In this document: positions 14,741 through 26,590 of the stretch, piece after piece
Numbering within the stretch: position 1 is the first letter of the stretch
Layout of the letters: each line of letters starts with the position of its first letter
DNA from: the human T2T-CHM13v2.0 reference genome, Homo sapiens
NCBI RefSeq assembly: GCF_009914755.1
Contig: NC_060932.1
Length of the DNA stretch: 64,000 nucleotides
Direction: 5' to 3' (one strand)
Translations under genes and position numbers: made by a program
Notes under the pieces: generated by a model
Databases searched by the model: none
What the model was told of the DNA's origin: nothing
What the model saw: only the letters and a program-made list of their open reading frames with translations

Positions 14741-15069
14741 AGTCAAAATCTATCCAATAACAACAATTTTATTGCTTCCACAATAAAGTCACAACTTTCA
14801 AGACCTAGGAAGCAGTGGAAAAAGTAGAACTTGACCTAGACCTACATGCTCATTTCTAACTAGCTGATGGACAGATTGTGAAAAAACTTACTCAGGCAAG
14901 AAGGTCCCAGAAAGACAGGCCCACACCAATTTATCTGTCAGGATCTTTGTCGGCTGTGTCAAAGGGCTATGTAAGAACAGAAATACATGAATTTTTCAGT
15001 GCCCTGCACTGGAAGGGTGAAAAATCACTTTAGGGAATCTACAGAAGCAAGATTTGCTTAGAGAACATG

Positions 15070-15565
15070 TTACAGTGGTTAGCGTGCTGGACTTGACATA
15101 GGTGAGAACCACTTCTCTGCGATGAAATAGCTATGTGAACTTGACATCAGTCTCACCTCTTCGATTTTTTGCTTTCTCATTTATATGATGGAAATACTAA
15201 TTGGAGCCCTAAGTGCCACAGAGGTGATAACTATCATTCATTCTGCACTTGTTATATGCTAGGCACTTTACACTAATTATCGGATTAACTCCCCACAACA
15301 ACCATATGAGGAAGGTACTGTTATTGAAATTCCCAGTTCAGAATGAGGACACTGGGGCTTAAAAACAGTAAGTACACGATCACACAGAAATTAAAAGGTG
15401 GAACTGGGATCCAAACCCCAGCAGTTTAATTCTAGAGCTTTCTTGCCTATGAACATGCTATACTGCTTTTAATCAGAAGGCCTAAATTGTAGTCCAGGTT
15501 CTATTATTCATTTGCTTCACTGGACTTTGATTTCCTCTTAAGCTAAATGAGGGGATTGTACTTGA
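15070..15565. mobile_element. Cluster of three MIR fragments (+, -, +)
   Basis: Cores tttctcatttatatgatgg; cccagttcagaatgaggacactggggctt; tttcctcttaagctaaatgagggg. Confidence 0.7.
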
Positions 15566-15567
15566 AT

Positions 15568-15762
15568 CAGGTTCTAAATGGATTATGTCAAATATCCACC
15601 CTCGTCATTTCTGATAGAAGTTTCTAGGAGCATAGCATTCAGAAAGATTGTAAAAGCTGTCTTGGTTCAGTGGGAAATAATGCTGTGATTAACTAGTGAT
15701 GTCTGCCAAGGGCATGGCACCGGAGAGGCATGGAGGCACTTGTAACATGTTTTGCATCCCTG
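15568..15762 (+). mobile_element. MER117-like hAT-Charlie element
   Basis: ttcagtgggaaataatgctgtgattaactagtgatgtctgccaagggca...tttgcatccctg. Confidence 0.75.
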
Positions 15763-15874
15763 GGAGAAATAAGGACGCTTCTGGCTGTTATATTTTATTA
15801 TTCTGTTTATGCATTTTCTCTTAGTAGCTACCAAGAGGGCAACCAATGGTAGTCTGGCCAGGCAAGGGCTACAT

Positions 15875-16070
15875 TGTAGGACAGGGATGTCTAATAGAAT
15901 TTTCTACCAGGATGGAAATGTCCAATACAGTAGCTACTAGACACGTGTGACTATCAAGTACTTGATATCTGGCTGAGTAGCTCTATATTAAATTTTTTAA
16001 ACTTTTCACTTCAAAAGTATAAATTCAAATAGACTTATGTGGCTAGTGGCTACTATATTGGTCAGGCCTA
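15875..16070. mobile_element. MER3-like hAT-Charlie element
   Basis: tgtctaatagaattttct...gatggaaatgt...atgtggctagtggctactatattgg. Confidence 0.8.
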
Positions 16071-16589
16071 GGACAAAGTTCAGTTGGCTGTGGATGAACA
16101 CCATGAGCATGAAAACTGGGAGGGAATTCACCTAGAAGGCTGAAAGTCAGGGAAAGGTAATTACAGTTTGACCAAAGGGGATGCTAGGGAAGGATGTGGA
16201 TATCAAAGCTGACAAGTGATGCCAAAGAGAGCAAGTAGTTGGGGATAGATAGGAGGCAAAAGACTAATCGTCTGACTTCCTAGCTGTGTAAATCCTGCAC
16301 TAGGGTGTCCTCACTGATTCTGAAATGAACAGGGCCTGGGCTTTGATCATTTGAATGCAAATTGCCATGATATTCTTTTATTAATGGCATAATTTGCCTC
16401 AGCATCCCTGCCCATTCCTAACTACCCCTCAGAATCTTCCCCAATCCCCACTATTACTTAAAATCTTCCTATCAATGTCCATCCACTGGCTAGATGAAAT
16501 AGTCCCAACTGCTTAGCATTACTGCCTAGTGAATTGCTAGCACACTTAGTAGGCACTCCAATAGTTTGGCTCTTTGTTACCAAAATTTA

Positions 16590-17100
16590 AATTTAGTTAG
16601 CTTAATCAAAATGAGGAGTAAACAGGAAGAGTATTGGAGCATCTTATACAAGAATTGAGGATCCAAGCCACAGGAATGGATACTGCTAGACTTCTGCAAG
16701 AAATAGGATTCAGTCAGAATCTTCTGTCTCTCATTTCAGGACTTTGCTCTCCACTCTGTCCTTCTATACATTGGCTACCCATGCTTTGCCTTGCTGCATG
16801 GTAGAAAACATGCCTGCCAAGGACTTCAGCCAGTAAGGAAAGGCAGCGTAAGGCTCTCTATGTTCCCAAGTGTTAAAATATCAGGGAAGGAACTCTGACC
16901 CATCCTGATTCTAGTGCCCACCCCTTGATCTGTAGTGGAGAGAAACAAGGAGCAAGAACACGTTCAATTATTGGCATTTATACTGAAAATCATGAAGTTG
17001 GAATTGGGGGGAAGAAAGGACAATTCCCAGAAGACAGCAGGTGCTGTCTCAGGAAAAAAAAAGCAAGAGAAGTTAGAAAAACAAAATGGTAAGTTTCCAT
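16590..17100 (-). mobile_element. Old MLT1 (K/L-like) LTR
   Basis: cagggaaggaactctga...gtgcccacccctt...caattcccagaaga...ggtgctgt. Confidence 0.55.
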
Positions 17101-18173
17101 TGAATAAATAATAGGATAACATAACACACATAACAGATATTCATTAGCAAAGGCTATTTTTTTTTCTTTATAAAGCAGTCCAAGAATGATAAAACTTTGC
17201 TATCTGCAGAACTCGGATGATTTTTCCCCACTTATTAGGATCCAAAAGGAAAGCAACCAGATGCTTTAATTACTTTGATTGTGGAGGTAAAGGAAAGCCT
17301 TGCTTTTAAACGAACATTGTATTCATCCATTAATTGTGTCAGGAAATTGAAGAGACAGTTTGGCTTTATATTTGATTATCTCAATATCTATTGAATAAAA
17401 AAGTATTTTTGCTTCATTAGCAGTAAAATATATAGGAATCTTGATGGATCATGCTAAGTATTATTTCCTTACTTCTGGTCTTAATCACTATATTTAATAA
17501 GGAAAGGCCAGGTTCAATAAAGAATGCATCTGGCTTCAAATGATTAATCGATTTTTATAGAACTCACATGCTGGCGATTCTTTAGGAAATTAGAAAAGAC
17601 ACCATGAATCACAACTCCCTGCACACCCTCCCCTCCTACCCTCCAGCTTTGCTTTTACTAATCAGCCTCAATTGACTATCTTGGGGCATTTTTACAGAGG
17701 TACATTTTTTGTCTCTCATATCCTGAATTAATGCTGTAGGTAATTAGCTTCTGGGGCTGAGGTCTCTTTCATCCCCATGCAAGTCAACTAAATGGTTTTT
17801 CTTTTCGGCTTGAAATGTGAGTCTCTTCCTTTCATTCCCTCTTTGACTCTTCTCTCTGGTTACTTTAATTGGGATGTCAAATTGTATCGTTCTGTAGGAA
17901 GCTGAACTTTTTGAAATTGGTCCAGGACAGAGTTTTCTTGAGTCAGGGGGCAATTTTTCTTTGTAATGTCATTTTCAATTCCTGAAGGCAGGAGATGAAT
18001 TAGTCTTGTGCATTAACAACAAGGAATGAGGCTGTGGCCGGCTGCCGATGCTGCAGATCCAGATGCAAACATGAAATCAGTAGGAGAAAAATACAAGTAC
18101 ATGTCAAGATTGGCAGAGTTGGCTTGAATGACTGAGGGACATCTTTTGGAAAGGGAATCTGAGCCTCAAAATG

Positions 18174-18212
18174 TAATTTAATTTAATTTAATTTAATTTA
18201 ATTTAATTTAAT
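18174..18212. repeat. (AATTT)n
   Basis: Directly visible. Confidence 0.95.
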
Positions 18213-18292
18213 CCTGTGAATTCTTGTTGCCAGGGAATTTAACTAAAGATATGCATGCATCTTATTTACTGCTGTATCTCTAGAGACTGGAA

Positions 18293-18475
18293 CACGGATA
18301 ACAAATACCTGCTGGGTTTGCTGCCACTACTACTTAATCCTTCCTCTATAGCTGGCATTGCTAATCACTCATGACACTTTCCTGCTGAGCCCACATGTAG
18401 ACTCAGATGGCTACAGGCAGTAACCACCAATTGATCAGAGCTGGCACACAAGATGGAACCTATTTGCAATCCCTG
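18293..18475 (-). mobile_element. MER117-like element inserted in an L2 3' end
   Basis: accaattgatcagagctggcacacaagatggaacctatttgcaatccctg; diverged 8-bp TSD gactggaa / gtctagaa; L2 tail resumes (gaatacttgttgaatgaa). Confidence 0.8.
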
Positions 18476-20215
18476 GTCTAGAACATTGTAAGTACTTAAT
18501 GAATACTTGTTGAATGAAGTAAATGAAGACATGTTTCTAGAGATGATGGGACATTGCGTTACTCCCTTCCCTTGCATTTAAAGTGCACTTTTTAGCTCAG
18601 ACGGCCTCCAAGGAGTCAAATCTGGTATTATTCCATAATTTATGCTCACCACATTACCCTCTAACTTTGTCTAAAGCAGGGATAGAAATAATTGCCTTCA
18701 AGCCGTATTTATCCTAGCATGCAGGCACATCTGGGCATGTCTGAAGACCTGGTGAAGTGGGTCTGAAAATTTCATCCCAAAGCCTGAGAGCTGAGCATGT
18801 GGATTAGGCTCTACAGCAAGGGGCCAGAATGGAAGGGAAGTAATCATGGGTATCAAATGTGACACTCTGATAATTCGCCAGCTCAGGCACATGCCTACTT
18901 CTGAGGACAAGTGGGCTGCAAGAGGTCAGTTAAAAACCACAAAAGGCTAGGTCAATAAAGTGGTCATAATATGGTGCAAGTACAAGGCACTGGGCAGTGA
19001 TAGGAAATGCCATCCTTATCAACCTTTTCAGCGCTGCTCCTTTGGCAGCATGAGTGTGCAGGGCAATGTTTAGCAGCAGCTTTTTGGCATCTTCCATCTT
19101 TATCCTAAACAGGTACCATCTCTACTGAGCTGCTGCTTTGGGACTGACTTTACCAGGAGGCTCACCACAGGGGGTTGGAGTAGTCCTAGAAGGTGAATAA
19201 ATGGCAGAGCCCACATGGCATACAAGAGGACAAGGTTTGTCACTCACAGGTGAAACACCACTTAGGGACTCTCAGAATTACTTGGGGGAAATATTGAGGT
19301 AGTGCACAAGAATTCATGTCACGCATGTGTGGAGAGGTGAGAAGTGGTATTATGTTATCCTGATCCCAATTTACCTTCTATGAGCTAAAAGACTCAGGTT
19401 GCAAGCATTTTAAGGACTTTGCTATCTCAAGGACTTTGGGTCGAAAGGACTCAGGATGGAAAGCACTCACACACACACACACACGCACAAATATTTCAAA
19501 AGAGAAATATTTTCTTCAGAGAAGCTTGATCATCAAAATGCATTAATTTAATACCTAATGATATGCAGCATTTAGCTTGCTACAAAGGGAATTCCACAGA
19601 ATTCAGACACAGCCCTCCAGGAGGTTATACAAATCAAGAATACCTGTACACACTATAATGGTCACATGAAAAGCTCAAAGCAATGCAAGGACTGTTGGTG
19701 CAACATTTCTATCACATATAGGTCATTTTGCTAAGAGGATTGCAAACTGTTTTAAAGCACCTGAGAGTATTATCCAATTTTCTGTACAAAAATAAAGGCT
19801 CAGAAATTCGAAATTACAGGAGCCAGGTCTGTATGACTGTAGGAAAACCAAAGGAGTCTAGAAAATTTGATTAACTCAATTTGTCCCAGTTCCTTGGGGA
19901 GGCTTCAGAAACCAAAATTACTATTTAATAGTCCAGGTACTAAAGTTGGATAGAAAAGATCTTTCTGACCTTTCTGCAATTGTTTTTGAGACACAGTCTT
20001 AACTGAAAGGTCAGAACCAAGGGAAGAAGAAACATGACAGCATTATTGAGCCTCCGAAATAAAAAAATGTTTCCATCACCTCCAAACCTCCACCTTGGCC
20101 AAAATCAGAAAGCAATAAAAACAAGGATGTCCTAGAAAACTTTGATGTCCTTGAATTAGCCTTAATCATCCTTGATTTTTCTGCAGAATGAAGTAATGTG
20201 AGCCAGTGTGACATA

Positions 20216-20408
20216 AAGCAGTTCTTAGCTTTTGATTTCCGTTAAAATCACCTGGAGAGTTTGTTGTACCAGAGATTGTTGGGCCCCAACCACAAAATTT
20301 CTGATTTAATTGGTTTGGGTTGGGAACCAAATAGTTTCATGTCTAACAAATTCTTGGGTGATGTTTATGCTGCTGCACAGGGGCGTAGCACAATTTTGTA
20401 AGCCACTT
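20216..20408. mobile_element. MER5A-like hAT-Charlie element
   Basis: aaatcacctggagagtttgtt...ttgttgggcccca...tttctgatt...tctaacaaattc...ggtgatg. Confidence 0.85.
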
Positions 20409-20513
20409 ATGAAATGACTGATCACTACTGTCTGATTCTGTTATTTCGTTGGGCTTGTAAAATGATGACTTTCAATTCTATATCTTTGTATTTTTTAGTG
20501 GGAACTACTCTCT

Positions 20514-20927
20514 TTTCATTATTATTATTATACTTTAAGTTTTAGGGTACATGTGCACAATGTGCAGGTTAGTTACATATGTATACATGTGCCATGCTGG
20601 TGTACTGCACCCATTAACTCGTCATTTAGCATTAGGTATATCTCCTAATGCTATCCCTCCCCCCTCCCCCCACCCCACAACAGTCCCCAGAGTGTGATGT
20701 TCCCCTTCCTGTGTCCATGTGTTCTCATTGTTCAATTCCCATCTATGAGTGAGAACATGCGGTGTTTGGTTTTTTGTCCTTGCGATAGTTTACTGAGAAT
20801 GATGATTTCCAGTTTCATCCATGTCCCTACAAAGGGCATGAACTCATCATTTTTTATGGCTGCATAGTATTCCATGGTGTATATGTGCCACATTTTCTTA
20901 ATCCAGTCTATCATTGTTGGACATTTG
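20514..20927 (-). mobile_element. Young 5'-truncated L1PA (L1PA3-like) 3' end
   Basis: Near-consensus tatactttaagttttagggtacatgtgcacaatgtgcagg...; encodes the ORF2 C-terminus DWIKKMWHIYTMEYYAAIK. Confidence 0.97.
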
Positions 20928-21289
20928 CATTTACCAGTGCAATGACCCTAATTGCTCTTTTTTTTTTTTTTTTGCCCTGCTTTAATTTTGTTCCAGTTGT
21001 TCTTAGATTTATTTTTACTATGCAATTTTCTTCTTTGGGAATAAATTGACAATTTTTGGTTTCAAGGCTCATAGGATCCTTTTATCCTATTTCTTTTTGT
21101 CACTAATGCCACAGAGATGCTGGTCCCTAAAGTCACTGATCATTTGGGTTGAAAAATTAACTACTGACAAGTACTCAAGAAAGGCTGCAACTAGATCCCA
21201 TTAAATAGAAATTTCTGAGGCAAGTCATATAACATGCATGGCACAGAGAAAACTCCAAACCTGCAAATGAGTTTTTATCTTTATGTAAA

Positions 21290-21670
21290 TTTCTATCCAT
21301 CATTCAAGGCCCAGTGCAAATGTTCCCTCAGGAAGCTTTTCTTTTCCTGCCTACGTATCTACCTAAATTTAATCTTTTCCTCTGCATTCTCATCATATCT
21401 CCTCTTACTTACCTGTTACTTACTTGTTCTTGTTCTATCACCTCTGTTGTAGACCTTTTTATCTTTTTTGTAATTTTTCTGCTTATATAACTATTCAGGA
21501 CTAGATTTTAAGCTACTCCAAGACATGTACACATTCCAATATTTTTTCATATCACCAAAGCCTAGAAGGCCCTCAAGTATTTAATTAAATTTATTATCAA
21601 ATATTTATGAGTACTTGCTATGGATTAGGCACTGCTATGGATGCTAAAAATTCAAAAGTGAATAAAACTG
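21290..21670. mobile_element. L2 fragments (+ then -)
   Basis: catcattcaaggcccagtgcaaatgttccctcaggaagc; atatttatgagtacttgctatgg...aggcactg. Confidence 0.6.
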
Positions 21671-22091
21671 CATCTATGTGGACAGACCTAGAGCAGTTAC
21701 TGTCTGCTGCTAAGCTTTCCACTACAGATGCAAGTTTTTAAAAAAGTCCTTGTGCTTTCTATCTCATTGTGGCAGCCAATCTTGAATGGGGGAACACAGG
21801 AAAAAACACGGTCATACAGGGAAAAACATGGAAAGAAAAAAGCATTTTTGCAATTCATAAGAATTTTCATAAATCATAAAAAGCCTGTTTTACCAAAAAC
21901 AGAATAAAAATTTTCAGTTTAAATAAAGTATGTAAAAAAAAATAAGCTCTGCCCTCTTGGAATTTTCATTCTAGTGTTGTAATAACAGATAACACCAAAT
22001 TAAATGTCATGTCAGACAGTGGTCTAAGAGCATCAGGCATATGTTAATATGTTTAATCTTCACAACAACCATACAACATAGATACAACTAT

Positions 22092-22550
22092 TGTTTTAGT
22101 TTAGATTCTCCAGAAGCAGTCCTGACATAAGAATTTATGTGCCAATAGTTTATTTGAGTAGCTATCCCAGGAAACATGATAGGCAGTGGGTGCGATAGGG
22201 GAGAAAAAAAGATAATAAAATACAGGTTGTCAAGTGAGTTATCATAATATGTAACTGGAGCTTAATCTCATTGAGAAACAATAAAATATAGGCAGAATAA
22301 ACCTTAGCGTTATATCAAACTAGGGGTGAGGAAGATGAGATATTTGTCTACTATCTCTGTGCCTATTATTGGTTGAGTGCTCCTCCTGAGTCCTCTGGAT
22401 GGGCTGACTGTACTTCTATGACAAGAGGAAAAAAAAGAAAGAAAATAAAAGCTCTTCAGCAGAGATTCGTAAGAGTTTTATCGTTAGCAGCCTTCAGGAC
22501 ATACAGGTAAATGCTAAGGGGATGTGGTGGGACAACAATTTTTGTTGAAA
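22092..22550 (-). mobile_element. LTR33-like ERVL LTR inserted in a MIR
   Basis: agattctccagaagcagtcctgaca...tagtttatttg...atcccaggaaac; flanking MIR halves at ~22030 and ~22555-22700. Confidence 0.7.
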
Positions 22551-22714
22551 TGATGTTATTCCATTTTACAAATGAACAAACTGAGGCACATGGCGGTTAA
22601 ATGACTTCCTAGAAATATAGACCTAACAACTAATAGAGCAAGAGTTTAAATCCTTGAAGTCTTGCTCCAGAGTATGTGTTCTTAACCATTATACTATGCC
22701 CCATCACAATATGG

Positions 22715-22781
22715 AGAGGAAAGAAGAATGAAAGGAAGGAAAGAAGAATGAAAGGAAGGAAAGAAGAGAGGAAGGGAAGGG
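22715..22781. repeat. GA-rich purine tract with 22-bp tandem duplication
   Basis: aggaaagaagaatgaaagga present twice at 22-bp period. Confidence 0.85.
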
Positions 22782-23274
22782 TTATAGTTCCTCATGAACA
22801 TATTTTATTTCTACTACTAGGCTTATGCTTCTAGAGAGTAGAACTCAGATTTTATTCCTCTTTATTTCTCTCCTTCAGCCAACTCTTCAACCTACCCTGA
22901 ACACTGCCAAAAAATGTCTTGCACAAAAGAGATAATTATAAGGCCCTCATCACTAGGATTTTTATTATTAAAAACTATATTTTTAATTCATTATACAGTG
23001 TAGACTAGCAGGCTTTGTAGTCAGAAAGACTTGTATGAATAATTTATTCTCAACATTTCACCTTCCACAGTTCATAATGGGTGCTTCATAAATGGTTTCC
23101 TATTTGTAATATTACATGAAATTTTACAATTTACAAAAAAAGTTTATATTTCCTTATTCTATTTATCTCTCCATGAGTTACTTCATGTGCATATTCCTAT
23201 TTGCACTCTCAATTGCCCTAAATTGTATGGAAGAGATAAACAAAGGTCATAGTCTGTAAAAATAAAAATAAAGA

Positions 23275-24045
<771 letters not shown>

Positions 24046-25104
24046 GTATACAGTATTGGAAGTTCTCATGTGTCTTTGATGGCCAGCCTCTCAGTGCTTA
24101 CAGAGCTCCTCAGCCTCACCAGATATTTCCCACTTGAATAATGAAGTTGTATGGTTGGGAATAGACATTTTGGCTATTTGGGTCAATAGGTTTAGGACCT
24201 TTGGAGGATTCAAGACTGGTAGAAAACCACAGCATGGTCTAAGATGCAGGTGTTCATGCCTGCAGGTAAGTAGATGCATCATTAACTTCAATAATAATAA
24301 ATAAAATTTAAAGAGATTTTTCGATTATCATAAACTGAATGAACTAAAATTAACTTTCTAACAAATAGCCACAAATTTCTAGCGTGTTTATCTTTCCCAT
24401 ATGTTTCCCAGCTCTGCTAAGTTGGAAGCCTCAAAACCATCAACCAATAAATCATTCCTTGGGTTTCACTTTAGGGACCAATTAAAACTATCAACATGTT
24501 TTCTTCCATTACACTGGGAGTTTTATCTCCAGCTGTTGGGATCTGAGCTTCTAAAAGTATGAAGCATGACTACCCAGGGAAAAGGCACGTGAGACAATTG
24601 GAGGAAAATAGACTCTATTGAAAGCTAGTTTATGTAAGCTTAGTGCTTCCACCCTCCTCACTTCATTCAGAAGGCACAAGCTTTACTAAACATGTGGTAA
24701 ATAATACAGCTGGCACCACAGCAGGAAAGGTGCTGCCCCTAAACCTGGAGGGAGAGCTCCTGGCAGATAATCCAAGGGCTGGTAATTTATCACTTATGCA
24801 AACACAGCACCTCTTGTGGGTCTCCTTTTACATCTCCTGTTCTGTGAAACTTTCCACTGAAGACTTGGATAAATGTTTTCCAGATGGTATCAATCATGGA
24901 GTTACCTACTAATAGGAATCAAGGAAAAGTCATTGAATTAATTAGCAAGTCAAACAGGAAAGGAAGAAGGACTGTGCTTGAAAGTAGAAAAAGAAGAGAC
25001 CACTTGGAATTATCTAATCATCTAGAAACAAGGTCATTCAGGAAAAGGGGGCTTGATTAAGCATCAGGAAACCTGAGACCTGGCCAACAGCCTGGTTCCT
25101 CCAA

Positions 25105-25325
25105 ATCACAGGCTTTGGAGTCTTACAGATAGAGGTTAGAATCTCAGCTCAGTCTCTAACTATGCATAGTGGGCAAGATTCTTGGCCTCTCTGAGCCTCT
25201 GTTTCCTCATATGCTAAGGGAAAAAAGGATGAAATATGCAAACTATGTAATACCATTTTACAGACTTAGATGTGTAGCATGTGAAGCACTTAGCAAAGTG
25301 GCTACCAATAGGCGGCACTTAAAAA
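25105..25325 (+). mobile_element. MIR
   Basis: ggctttggagtc...gggcaagatt...cctctctgagcctctgtttcctcat...gcacttagca. Confidence 0.85.
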
Positions 25326-25346
25326 AAAAATTCTTTACTCTCACCT

Positions 25347-25740
25347 GTGATCAGTTAAATGATTGGAAAACTATTCACCCCTGTCTGAAACTACACCATT
25401 GCCATGATCACATCTTGAGCAGAGTGCACTTTCCCACTCCTTGCTTTGGGCTGACTACATGATTTGCTTAGACCAAGCAATGTGGGTGGAAGTGACAATG
25501 GGCTCGTTTTTTAGACCAGGACTTAAGAGGCATTATGTTTCTACTTGCCCTTTGCACCTCCCCCATCACCACAAGAAAAATATACCCAGGCTGTCTTGCT
25601 GGTCCAAGAAGGAGGATAAAAGACACGAGAAGCAAAGCTGCCAACCCCAGGAAGCAAAGCTTCCAAACCCCTCCCAACACGAAGACATGCGAGTGATAAT
25701 AAATAATGGTTGTTTTTAGCCACTGAGTTTTGACGTGGAT
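25347..25740 (+). mobile_element. MLT1H-like LTR
   Basis: catgatttgcttagaccaagcaatgtgggtggaagtgaca...aataaataatggttgtttttagccactgagtttt. Confidence 0.8.
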
Positions 25741-25980
25741 TAATTTCAGCTGCTGTATCTCACAGATTATGTTATCTCACATTCCTTCTCTGGGTTCTAA
25801 TTGCATATCTGCTCAGGACTTACTAAATGAATATCTTTTACAATGCTGATATTAGAGGTAAGGCCCAGAAAATGGCAAGCTAAAGATGTCCCAGAAACTT
25901 CTACCGTATAGTTGGCTTAAATCTTAAATTCCAAACTTAGATGTGTAAGAAAAGTAATTTAACTTGGTTATGACAAGACC

Positions 25981-26590
25981 TTTTTATTTTTTAACAGTTT
26001 TATTACAAATCCCCTATTTTGCTGGTTAGCAGAAACATCTCTCAGTCAATTCAGGGTTTCTCCTCCCTTAAGGATTGGGTTTAACTTTAGGAGGCTCTGC
26101 ATGATGAGGAGGTGGAAGGTGTTGGGAGGGAGAACCAGGGCACTGTCGTTCCTGTTGTTGATCTCTGCAGTGCTCTCTCTTGGTCTATGTAAGTGAGGAT
26201 CTAAAATCTGATTCATTCTTGGGTAATCTTCTTTTAGAAGCCCATGATTAGACCCAACTGGAGGAAGTTTGGAGCTTCTCTCAGACATGTAAGAATTGTT
26301 CTGAAGAATCTGCATCTTGTTGGGTGAAGGACTTCAGAATGTGCGATAAAAATGCAATAGTCTTGGACCTATGTAACTGGAAGGAACTGGTGGACAAGCT
26401 CTTACTGCTTCTCCAGGTTCTCACAAGAAAGCAGGCATGGATTCCTTTTGCACAGCTCCTCCAGGCTTTCTGGGCCCTGTCATTCCTTCTTCTATCTTCT
26501 GGGTTGAGCAACATGCAATCTCCCCTTGTGCAGAAGCCCAAATAGCTACTGAAAATGTGTCCTCTCTGACTTTCCCCATTTCTTGAACTC
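25981..26590 (-). pseudogene. Degenerate polyadenylated retrocopy, tentatively L1/Tx1-clade ORF1p-like
   Basis: Minus strand AATAAA (25999-26004) followed by an A-rich tail; frameshifted motifs LNPEDRRRND, PGGA..ESMPAFL, IFIAH..F.NKMQILQ, GS...EDYP, RALQ, ALVLP, NP occur in ORF1p order. Confidence 0.45.

Noticed and set aside
19388-19468. Short repeated AAGGACT/GACTCAGG units with spacers
   Set aside because: Too short and irregular for any array; ordinary micro-duplication and not CRISPR-like
25305-25318. CTCF-like CCAATAGGCGGCAC
   Set aside because: Two core mismatches and located in a MIR tail
26200-26500. Alternative readings of the 26-kb relic as a SCAN domain, homeodomain or NDUFS5 pseudogene
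   Set aside because: Each needs large deletions or wrong motif spacing; the ORF1p reading keeps motif order over the whole length, though it is also unverified
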